Below, piece after piece: positions 49,696 through 59,563 of a DNA stretch of 64,000 bases. The notes beneath the pieces are model-generated. The model was not told the origin of the DNA and did no database searches. It saw only the letters and a program-made list of their open reading frames with translations. Made by a program: the position numbers and the translations under genes. The stretch comes from Spirochaetia bacterium (GTDB lineage: Bacteria; Spirochaetota; Spirochaetia; SZUA-6; Bin103). The DNA lies in assembly GCA_965198005.1 (NCBI GenBank), contig CBDAOI010000002.1, positions 608,001 through 672,000 of the forward strand, in the 5' to 3' direction. Position 1 is the first letter of the stretch; each line of letters opens with the position of its first letter.

Positions 49696-51960
49696 TCAGT
49701 TCCCAAAGCTCTCCAAGAAGCTCTCGAAGCGGCCGGCGGCTCGCTCTATCGACTCTTGCACCGCAAGGAGCGACACCCCCAGCCGATAGCGCTTCTGAGT
49801 GCCTGATCCCTTGTAGTCGGCTCGCTTTACCACGCTGCAGTCCTCAAGAGCTGGTAACACCTGCTTCGAAAACAAAGTCCAGTCCCTGCCCATGCGCTGC
49901 CTGAACGTGTTTTCGTTAACTCCTGTCGAGCGAAAGAACGCCCGGCACATCCGCTCCGTCAAGACCAGCCGAGCGTCCGGCTCGACCACCTCGATGGCTT
50001 CCTGCTCAAGTTCAGCCGCAGGTGTCGAGATGTCGAACCCGGCGTTCTTCAAGACTCTGAAGATCGTCGCAGGGGCGAAAATCGCCGCTCCTTGTGTCGA
50101 TTGAACTACGGCTAACACTTCGCAGTCGTGCAGACGCGATCGATCAACCCGATTCACTTCTGCCAAGTCGATCCGGCCGAATTGGCAGCGTTCAAAGAGA
50201 CAGTTGTCGATTGTCGATTCAGCAAGTTCGGTGCTCTGGAAGTAGCAGTCGTGGAACACCGCGCCAACTATGTGTCTCTTGCGCAATGAATTTACCGGAA
50301 ATGACATGCGCCTGGCGACAACACCTTCAGCGTCTAGAGCGTCAAGGATGCGCACCAACAGAGCCCCGGAGTTGTCCTTGACGAAAGACGCGTAGGGCTC
50401 AGGCGCACATGCGGCATTGAGAGTCTCTGCCAACTTGCGGAGTGGATGCTCATCGCGCGCCAGCCTGCGCTTGGCAACATCGACGGTCAATTCAGGAAAC
50501 CGTGCAATTCGGAATACGCGACGAAGTTCCGGCAGATCCCCCCTTCCCACAAGACGCGCAACTGATTCGCCGAGGAAGTAATGATAGAATTCATCGTGAC
50601 CGAATCCAAATGCCGTACCGCGCCCAGACGCCGATATGAGCGCATGCTGCCGAATACGATGCTTGATCTGCTTTGTGACCGGCGCGTCCATACGCTGATC
50701 TTCGACGTACAGCTCGGCCACATAGTCGAACACATCCGATGCCAGCATCGCTGTTTCGCTGAGCCACATCTCCGAGGCGATCTCGGCCAGGAGTTCGCAG
50801 TGTTGTCGCTCAGAGAGAAGGGGGTGTGCAACTGCTCCCGAACGATCGATCCACTTGTCGCGCGCCTCGCGGGAAATGATCGACTCGACAAATCGCTCGA
50901 AGTAGAGCTCTCCGTCCCCACCAATCTTCTCGATCAGATCGTCCCGTCCGGCGCTATCGGAAGCGACGTCCATCAGGCGCCGGACGAGCACCGGACGAGT
51001 GAGCAGCGGATGCGACTGATCATGGAGTTTGGCGGCCACCTGAGAGAACAATTCAGACCCGCCTGGGATACCTCGTTTCGCGGCATATTCGGCAAACCGG
51101 TCGCGGTCCCATTTTGACAGATGGATTCGTGCAAAATCCGCACGCTGGCCTTGGAAAGAATCGACCAGCGGAGCTTGTGTACGCAGATCCTTGTATTCGA
51201 AGTATGCGCTCCGGGCGGCAATGAGAATAGTCCCTCGGGAGTCGAGCAGGTTCATGAGATTACCGAGTGCGGTTACCGCGTCGCCCGCTTGGCTCTCCAC
51301 GAACATCTCTTCGAAACCATCCAGAGCGGGCACGATAGCCCCCTTCCTGACCATCCACACCAGTGCGTCATAGTAGAAGAACGGGAACCGCAGCCGATTG
51401 ACCAGGGTTCCGGTGAATACGTCGTCAAAACGGAGGAAGGGACGTCCGCCAAGCGCGATAGGCACCAGAAGCCAGTCGGTTGTCTTTTCCTTGTACCGTT
51501 GCGCTTGTTGTCGCGCAAGGTGATGGATCAGGGTCGTCTTTCCTTCTCCCGCGTCGCAGGTCAGATACACGCCGGTAGAGATTCCGGCCGGCCGCTCGTC
51601 GAGAAGCTCGAGGATGGGAGTAGTCACGGAGTCTACACTCGTTTCCACGTCATCGGGAGACCTGTCCATGCGGTCAAGTTTCTTGCCGGCGGGCTCGATG
51701 AAGTGAGGCTCCTCGGGTATGTATGAGAGGATTCTGTCGGCAAGAATCGGCAGTCTAGCGATCCGTTGGAAGATCCAATCCTCTGCCCTCTGGCTGGTGC
51801 CGTTCTCGTCTACCCAGAGGCCGTCGACACGCTCCGTAACCCTGGATTGTATGAGATCGTCTCTGATTTCGACAAGAAGCTCGCCATGCTCAATGTCTAC
51901 ATCGGCTGGTTTGTCAGCGAACGCTGTGAGGATGCTTCTGAATTCGTTAGTGTCCATCAT
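49696..51960 (-). CDS. NACHT/STAND NTPase with C-terminal pentapeptide repeats
   Basis: Walker A DAGEGKTT, Walker B LDGFEEM, LLTRPVL, FGFGHDEFYHYF, pentapeptide-like AVFHDCYFQSTELAESTIDNCLFERCQF. Confidence 0.8.
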   Translation of the reverse strand: MMDTNEFRSILTAFADKPADVDIEHGELLVEIRDDLIQSRVTERVDGLWVDENGTSQRAEDWIFQRIARLPILADRILSYIPEEPHFIEPAGKKLDRMDRSPDDVETSVDSVTTPILELLDERPAGISTGVYLTCDAGEGKTTLIHHLARQQAQRYKEKTTDWLLVPIALGGRPFLRFDDVFTGTLVNRLRFPFFYYDALVWMVRKGAIVPALDGFEEMFVESQAGDAVTALGNLMNLLDSRGTILIAARSAYFEYKDLRTQAPLVDSFQGQRADFARIHLSKWDRDRFAEYAAKRGIPGGSELFSQVAAKLHDQSHPLLTRPVLVRRLMDVASDSAGRDDLIEKIGGDGELYFERFVESIISREARDKWIDRSGAVAHPLLSERQHCELLAEIASEMWLSETAMLASDVFDYVAELYVEDQRMDAPVTKQIKHRIRQHALISASGRGTAFGFGHDEFYHYFLGESVARLVGRGDLPELRRVFRIARFPELTVDVAKRRLARDEHPLRKLAETLNAACAPEPYASFVKDNSGALLVRILDALDAEGVVARRMSFPVNSLRKRHIVGAVFHDCYFQSTELAESTIDNCLFERCQFGRIDLAEVNRVDRSRLHDCEVLAVVQSTQGAAIFAPATIFRVLKNAGFDISTPAAELEQEAIEVVEPDARLVLTERMCRAFFRSTGVNENTFRQRMGRDWTLFSKQVLPALEDCSVVKRADYKGSGTQKRYRLGVSLLAVQESIERAAGRFESFLESFGN

Positions 51961-52676
51961 GTAACTCGCGGCAAGAGGCTAAGCTCTACGTAATTGGCCC
52001 TGCCGCCCCGCCGGTAATCGGGCCTTGTGCTGTGTCCCGCCACCGTATGTACATGGACGACACCGACACCGAACTGGAGCGCAGTATTGATCGCAGGCCA
52101 CAGGTCGTCGTCGGAGGATACGACGGCAATCTGCTCGGCGTTCGCATATACGTTGAAGAACACGTCAGCGGACAGCATCGTATCGACGAGCTTCTGTTCG
52201 CGACGCCGGACAATAAGCCTGCTCGTCACTGGGCAACTCTGCTCGGGGCACTCTCCTCGCACGAAGAAGTCAAAGCTCGGACGAAGCGGGCAACTACCGG
52301 CCAGTTGGCAGCCGGCCACTGTTGGATCCGTGAATTCGAGCCAGCGCGGGGCCGTCTTCGATCGTAACGTGTACACTATGTGGTGCGCCGGATCACACCG
52401 CATGCTGTAGGCAAGTTCGACGTTCACCATGAGCGCGCGCCGATCGTCGTTCAACGGGACCAGTGTCGGGCCGGGCAGTTCCCTCTCCATCTGTTGCGCA
52501 TCGCGCGTAGGAGAAGTCTCCTCGTACCACCCGCCGTAGAATCGGAGGTCCACTCGGCGTTCGCGTGCAGCTATGTAGTTGGGAACGATTGCCGACATGA
52601 TCCGGTTTATGAGGTAGGCGATGCCCTTGCGACGTTCTTGCTGCGGAATGTTGTAGTAGTCGACCAGAACGTCCAT
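51957..52676 (-). CDS. NYN (PIN-like) domain ribonuclease with Cys4 insertion
   Basis: VLVDYYN, EQKLVDTML, VVSSDDDLWPA acidic motifs; CQLAGSC...CPEQSC insert. Confidence 0.75.
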   Translation of the reverse strand: MDVLVDYYNIPQQERRKGIAYLINRIMSAIVPNYIAARERRVDLRFYGGWYEETSPTRDAQQMERELPGPTLVPLNDDRRALMVNVELAYSMRCDPAHHIVYTLRSKTAPRWLEFTDPTVAGCQLAGSCPLRPSFDFFVRGECPEQSCPVTSRLIVRRREQKLVDTMLSADVFFNVYANAEQIAVVSSDDDLWPAINTALQFGVGVVHVHTVAGHSTRPDYRRGGRANYVELSLLPRVT

Positions 52677-52696
52677 GCGGCACGGGCGCCTGTTTC

Positions 52697-53272
52697 CTAG
52701 CCGGTTTCGGCCGATACGACTTCGATCTCGGGGTTTACTTCGTCGCGGAGCACGCTCTGGACGGCCTGCAGGGTGCCCGACACCGAGGCCGGGCAGGTTC
52801 CGCAGGCGCCGACGTAGCTCACCACGACGCGGTTGTTCTCGTAGGCCAGCACGTCCAGGTCGCCGCCGTCGCCCTGCAGGTAGGGGCGCACGGTGCGGTC
52901 CAGCACCTCCTCGATGCGCTGCACCTCGGGCGGCTGGTCGTCGCGCACGTGGCTCACCGGCCCGCCGCTGCCGGCAGCGGCAATCTCGAAGCCGGGATCG
53001 TGCTCCTCGACGTGGTTGGTCAGCACCTGCTTGACCCAATCGGCCACGTCCTCCCACGGCGCCTCGGCGATCTTGGTCACCGTCACCACGTTCTCGAACA
53101 GATGCACCTGCTCCACCACCACCAGGGCAAACAGCGCCTCCACCAGCGGGATGCCTTTCGCCTCCTCGGTGCTGCGGAAGGTCACCTTGCCGGTGGACTT
53201 CACGTCGCGGTTGAGGATGAACTTCATCGCGTCCGGGTTGGGGGTGAATTGGGTCAGTATTGCCACGCCCAT
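52697..53272 (-). CDS. NifU/Nfu family Fe-S carrier (Nfu_N + NifU-C)
   Basis: TPNPDAMKF, VRPYLQGDGGD, GACGTCP. Confidence 0.92.
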   Translation of the reverse strand: MGVAILTQFTPNPDAMKFILNRDVKSTGKVTFRSTEEAKGIPLVEALFALVVVEQVHLFENVVTVTKIAEAPWEDVADWVKQVLTNHVEEHDPGFEIAAAGSGGPVSHVRDDQPPEVQRIEEVLDRTVRPYLQGDGGDLDVLAYENNRVVVSYVGACGTCPASVSGTLQAVQSVLRDEVNPEIEVVSAETG

Positions 53273-53284
53273 GTCGCTTCTCCT

Positions 53285-53323
53285 TTAATCCTGCGCCTTA
53301 ATCCTGCGCCTTAATCCTGGGCC
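53285..53323. repeat. 13-bp tandem triplication containing the sufU stop codon
   Basis: ttaatcctgcgcc x2 + ttaatcctgggcc. Confidence 0.9.
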
Positions 53324-53778
53324 GCCTCGGTGGTGGCCCGGCCCTGGCCGTCGAGGGCGCTCCGCAGTGTATGCCAGGGCAGCGTAGCGCACTTGACGCG
53401 CGCGGGAAACTGCCGGATGCCGCCGAATACCTTGAGCTTGCCGAGCTGATGCGGGTCGCGCGCCGGGTCCAGGTCGCCGGTCACCAGCCCCCGGAACTGC
53501 TCCAGCAGCCGTTCCGCCGCGTCCCGCGCGCGGCCCTTCACCGCGTCGGTCATCATGCTTGCCGAGGCCTTGGAGATGGCGCACCCGGAGCCCTGGAAGC
53601 GGATGTCGGTGATGGTGCCGTCGGCGGCCAGCTTCACCGCCACCTCGTACCGGTCGCCGCACAGGGGGTTGTGCCCCTCCGCGTGGTGGGTGTGACGCTC
53701 CAGCGCGCCCCAGTTGCGCGGCGTGCGGTTGTGATCGAGAATCACCTGCTGGTACAGTTCGCTGGCCGGCGTGCTCAC
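53311..53778 (-). CDS. sufU: SUF system scaffold SufU
   Basis: LYQQVILDH, NPLCGD, GCAISKASASMM, RVKCATL. Confidence 0.95.
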   Translation of the reverse strand: MSTPASELYQQVILDHNRTPRNWGALERHTHHAEGHNPLCGDRYEVAVKLAADGTITDIRFQGSGCAISKASASMMTDAVKGRARDAAERLLEQFRGLVTGDLDPARDPHQLGKLKVFGGIRQFPARVKCATLPWHTLRSALDGQGRATTEAAQD

Positions 53779-55052
53779 GCGAATACCTCGCTCACCTTGG
53801 CGACCGCGCGCGCCAGCGCCGCCACGTCGGAGCTGTCGTTGTACACCGAGAACGCCGCGCGCGCGGTGGCGGGCACCCCGAACCGCTCCATCACCGGCTG
53901 GGTGCAGTGGTGGCCGGTGCGCAGCGCGACCCCCTCCTGATCGGCGATGGTGCCGACGTCGTGGGCATGCACGTCGCCCACGGTGAAGGAGATGATCGCC
54001 GACTTGTGCGCCGCGGTGCCGATGATACGCACCCCGTCGATCGCCTCGAGCGCGGCCGTGGCCTCCGCCAGCAGCCGCTGCTCGTGGCGACGGATGCGCT
54101 CCAGGCCGACGCCTTCGATCCACTCCAGCGCCGCTCCCAGCCCGATCACGCCGGCGATGTGCGGCGTGCCCGCTTCCAGCCGGTTGGGCAGGTCGGCGTA
54201 GGTGGTCTTGGCGAAGGTGACCGACTTGATCATGTCGCCGCCGCCGCGCAACGGCGGCATCGCCTCCAGCAGCTCGCGCTTGCCGTACAGCAGGCCGATG
54301 CCGGTGGGACCGAACAGCTTGTGCCCCGAGCAGCCGTAGAAGTCGACGTCCAGCGCCGCCACGTCCAGCGGCAGATGCGCCGCCGCCTGCGCGCCGTCCA
54401 GCAGCACGCGCGCGCCGACCGCATGGGCAGCCTCGACCAGCTCCGCGGCCGGGTTGATGGTGCCCAGCGAGTTGGACACGTGCACCGCCGCCACCAGCTT
54501 CGTGCGCGGCCCGAGCAGCTCCAGCAGCGCCGCCCACTCCAGCTCGCCGCGGTCCGAGATCGGCGCCACCCGCAGCACCGCGCCGGTGCGCTCGGCCAGC
54601 ATCTGCCACGGCACGATGTTGGAGTGATGCTCCATGTGCGTGATCACCACCTCGTCGCCGGGGCCCAGGTTGGCGCCGCCCCAGGCCAGCGCCACCAGGT
54701 TGATCGAGTCGGTGGTGCCGCTGGTGAAGATGATTTCTTCAGGCTCGGCGGTGCCGAGGAATGCCTGCGCCTGCTCGCGGACGTGCTCGTAGGCGAGGGT
54801 GGCCTGCTCGCTCAGGTAGTGGACACCGCGGTGGATGTTGGCGGTCTCGGCCGCGTAGTGCCGGTACAGGCGGTCGATCACCGCCCGCGGCTTGAGCGTG
54901 GTGGCGGCGTTGTCCAGATACACCAGCGGCCGGCCGTGCACCTCCCGCTCCAGCACGGGGAACTGGGCGCGGATGGCGGCCACGTCCAACGCGGCGGCCG
55001 GCGCCGTGGGGGTCGTGGTCGCGGCGGTCGTGGTCGTGGAGACGGTACTCAT
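53775..55052 (-). CDS. sufS: cysteine desulfurase SufS
   Basis: YLDNAATT, EHHSN, SGHK, RTGHHC. Confidence 0.96.
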   Translation of the reverse strand: MSTVSTTTTAATTTPTAPAAALDVAAIRAQFPVLEREVHGRPLVYLDNAATTLKPRAVIDRLYRHYAAETANIHRGVHYLSEQATLAYEHVREQAQAFLGTAEPEEIIFTSGTTDSINLVALAWGGANLGPGDEVVITHMEHHSNIVPWQMLAERTGAVLRVAPISDRGELEWAALLELLGPRTKLVAAVHVSNSLGTINPAAELVEAAHAVGARVLLDGAQAAAHLPLDVAALDVDFYGCSGHKLFGPTGIGLLYGKRELLEAMPPLRGGGDMIKSVTFAKTTYADLPNRLEAGTPHIAGVIGLGAALEWIEGVGLERIRRHEQRLLAEATAALEAIDGVRIIGTAAHKSAIISFTVGDVHAHDVGTIADQEGVALRTGHHCTQPVMERFGVPATARAAFSVYNDSSDVAALARAVAKVSEVFA

Positions 55053-56695
55053 GCCGGTGCGCTCCATGCGAGGCGGTCCAGGCGCCGGTGCAGCAGCTCC
55101 AGCAGGCGCGGGCGCAGCCCTGCTGCCGGCAAATCGCCCACCACCTCGTCCAGGAAACCGCGCGCCAGCATCTGCCCGGCCGCGGGCCGCGGGATGCCGC
55201 GGGTCTGCAGGTAGAACATCTGATCCTCGTTGAGGCGGCCGGTGGTGGCGCCGTGGGTGCAGCGCACGTCGTCGGCGCCGATCTCGAGCTGCGGCTTGGC
55301 GTAGACCACCGCGTCGTCCAGCAGCAGGTTCCGGTTGAGCTGGAAGGCGTCGGTCTGCTGCGCCGCCGGGCGCACCAGGATGCGCCCGGCGAACACGCCG
55401 TGGCCGCCGGCGCCCAGCACCATCTTGTACAACTGGCGGCTGGCGCAACTCGGGGCGGCGTGCTCCAGGTAGGTGTGGTTGTCGATCACCTGCGGCGTTG
55501 GCGCGGGTGCGCTGCCGGCAGCCGGGCCACCGGCGGGCGCGCCGCCGAGGACCGTGCCGCCGGCCACCGCCGCCCCGCCCAGACGGCTGGCGGTGCCCGG
55601 ACCCGCCGCCAGCAGGTTGAGGGTGTGCCGCGCCAGCCGGGCGCCGGCCGCCACGCTCAGCGCGTGCAGCTCGCTGTCCCGCTCCTGCACCACCGTGGTG
55701 CTGCCCAGGTCGAAGGCGCCTTCCGCCGCGGCCTGCACCCGGACGTAGGTCAGCGCCGAGCCGGCGCCGAGCCGGATCTCGGTGTCGCCGCAGGTCAGGG
55801 CGGGCGCGCCGCCCCCCGCGTGGCCGGCCGTGCCGCCGGCAGCCGGGGCAAAGGTCTCCACCAGCGTGACCCGCGCGCCGGCGGCGATCCGGATCCGCAC
55901 CCGCGGCGCGCTCAGCACCCCGGCCTCGGTCAGATGCACCAGGTGCACCGGCGCCGCGCCGGCCGCGGCGTCCAGCCGCAGCTCGACGGCGCCCCCGAAC
56001 ACGCGCGCCAACCGGGTGAAGGCATTGCCCGTGGGCCGGGTGAAGGTGCTGCCCGCCGCCGGCGCCGAACCGTCCGCAGGCGCGGTGCCGGCGGCAGGGC
56101 AGGTGCCGTCCCCCGTGCCGATGGGGACGACGACCTGCACGCCCGGAACCACCGTCGCCGGTGCGGCACCACCATCGTGCCAGCCGTCGCGCGGCGCGCC
56201 GTCACGGTTCCCCGCGGCGCGGCCGGCTGCGGCATCGTCTCCCGCCGTGGCGCCGTTACCGGTATCGGGGTCACTGGCGGCACCTGTACCGGCGCGCGCC
56301 GCGCTGCCGCCGCCCGCGGCCGCGCCGTTCACCGTCACCAGGGCGACCGGCTCCCCGGCCACGAGCGCCTTCGCCACCCCGTCGAGCGCGACCGGCCCCG
56401 CCACGCCGCGCCCCAGCCGGTAGGTCTGCTCCACCACCGCCCGCACCGGCGTATGCGCCCACTCCTCGTCGTGGCGCAGCGGGAACCCGGCGGCTGCCAG
56501 TTCCTCCAGCGCCGCGGCCCGCGCCGCCGCGTCCGCGGCATCCACCGCCAACCCGGCGCCGTGCTCCCGGTACAGCTCCTGGAACTGCGCCACGTACGGC
56601 GCCGCCCCGTCGCTGCCCGCCGCCACGCCCGCGCTAGCCGTCACCGCGCCCTGCGCCACCGCCGCGCGCTCGGCCACGGCGCCTGCCTCAGCCAT
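55049..56695 (-). CDS. sufD: Fe-S assembly protein SufD with low-complexity insertions
   Basis: KPQLEIGADDVRCTHGAT, FYLQTRGI. Confidence 0.9.
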   Translation of the reverse strand: MAEAGAVAERAAVAQGAVTASAGVAAGSDGAAPYVAQFQELYREHGAGLAVDAADAAARAAALEELAAAGFPLRHDEEWAHTPVRAVVEQTYRLGRGVAGPVALDGVAKALVAGEPVALVTVNGAAAGGGSAARAGTGAASDPDTGNGATAGDDAAAGRAAGNRDGAPRDGWHDGGAAPATVVPGVQVVVPIGTGDGTCPAAGTAPADGSAPAAGSTFTRPTGNAFTRLARVFGGAVELRLDAAAGAAPVHLVHLTEAGVLSAPRVRIRIAAGARVTLVETFAPAAGGTAGHAGGGAPALTCGDTEIRLGAGSALTYVRVQAAAEGAFDLGSTTVVQERDSELHALSVAAGARLARHTLNLLAAGPGTASRLGGAAVAGGTVLGGAPAGGPAAGSAPAPTPQVIDNHTYLEHAAPSCASRQLYKMVLGAGGHGVFAGRILVRPAAQQTDAFQLNRNLLLDDAVVYAKPQLEIGADDVRCTHGATTGRLNEDQMFYLQTRGIPRPAAGQMLARGFLDEVVGDLPAAGLRPRLLELLHRRLDRLAWSAPA

Positions 56696-57476
56696 CAGCG
56701 CGCCGCCGTCCCGTTGACCAGCCATTCGTAGCCGCGCTCCTCGATCTCCAGGGCCAGCTCGCGGTCGCCGCTGCGGATGATGCGGCCGTCGTACATCACG
56801 TGCACGCGGTCCGGGATCACGAAATTGAGCACGCGCTGGTAGTGGGTGATCAGGATGAACGCGTTCTCGGCGTGGCGCAGTTGGTCGATGCCGTGGGCCA
56901 CCGCCTTCAGCGCGTCGATGTCCAGGCCGGAATCGGTCTCGTCCAGGATCGCCAGCCGCGGCGCCAGCAGCGCAAGCTGCAGAATCTCATTGCGCTTCTT
57001 CTCGCCGCCGGAGAAATCGACGTTGACGTCGCGGGCGGCGAACTCCTCCGCCATCCCCAACAGCCGCAGCTTCTCCAGCAGCAACTCCTCGAAGTCGAGC
57101 GGATCCAGCTCCGGCAGCCCCTGCGACACCGCGATCTCGTTGTAGGCCGCGCGCAGGAACACCGCGTTGCTTACCCCGGGGATCTCGACCGGATACTGGA
57201 AGCTGATGAACACGCCGTTCTTGGCGCGCTCGTCCGGCTCCATCGCCAGCAAGTCGCGCGGGCGCAGGTTGACCTCGTAGCTCACGCCGCCGCCGGTCAC
57301 CTCGTAGGAGGGATGGCCGCCGATCACCCGCGCCAGGGTGCTCTTGCCGGAGCCGTTGGGGCCCATGATCGCGTGCACCTCGCCCGCCTGCACCTCCAGG
57401 TCGATGCCCTGCAGGATCGGAATCACGCTGCCGTTGTCGGCCTTCACGGCCGCGCTCAAGTCGTTGATCCTGACCA

Positions 57477-57477
<1 letters not shown>
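56695..57477 (-). CDS. sufC: Fe-S assembly ATPase SufC
   Basis: GPNGSGKST, FSGGEKKRNE, LDETDSGLD. Confidence 0.97.
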
Positions 57478-58957
<1,480 letters not shown>

Positions 58958-58967
<10 letters not shown>

Positions 58968-59467
58968 ACCAACTCCTCCTCCGGCACTTGGTGGCGTGCC
59001 GGCACTCGGTGGCGTACCGGCACTGCGTGGCGGGCGCGGATCGCCGCCTCCTGCGGTTCCTCGGCGTGCAGCAACTCTTCCAGGCTCATGCTGTGGAACA
59101 ACGCCTCGATACGATTGCTCAGCCGGACGACGGGCGAGATCACGTTGCAACACTCGGCGAGCTGGCAGCGCACCCGGTCGTGATGCAGGCAGTAGGAAAA
59201 CTGCATCGGCCCCACCACCGCCTCCGACAGCTCCCCGAAGGTGACGTCGGTCAGGCGCCGCGCGAGCTGGTAGCCGCCGTGGGCGCCCTGCGCGGACCGC
59301 AGCACCCCCGCCGCGGCGAGGTTCTGCAGCACCTTGGACAGGATCGGAAACGTCACCTGGTAGGTGGCGCACAGGTCCTTGGCCGAAACCACCTGTTCCG
59401 GCTGCCGCAGGCGCATATGCTGCAGCGCCATCAACGCGTACTCCACCTTCCGACTGATCTTAACCAT
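58958..59467 (-). CDS. Rrf2 family (IscR/SufR-like) regulator
   Basis: [19 protein letters not shown], Cys cluster C-x7-C-x4-CC; 18-bp repeats in the C-terminal tail (58981-59034). Confidence 0.92.
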
Positions 59468-59477
59468 CGTCGTCCCC

Positions 59478-59502
59478 AAATACGACCTTATTGGTCGCAT
59501 TT
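59478..59502. promoter_or_regulatory. putative Rrf2 operator
   Basis: AAATACGACC-ttatt-GGTCGCATTT inverted repeat 10 bp upstream of the start codon. Confidence 0.6.
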
Positions 59503-59563
59503 GAAGTATATGCCCACCACCACCACGGAGTCAACAGGTTGGTGGCCTAGAGCGGTCGCAGGT

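Noticed and set aside
52677-53057. N-terminal extension of the NYN ORF (366-aa call)
   Set aside because: Overlaps nfu in another frame; the NYN domain starts at ATG 52676
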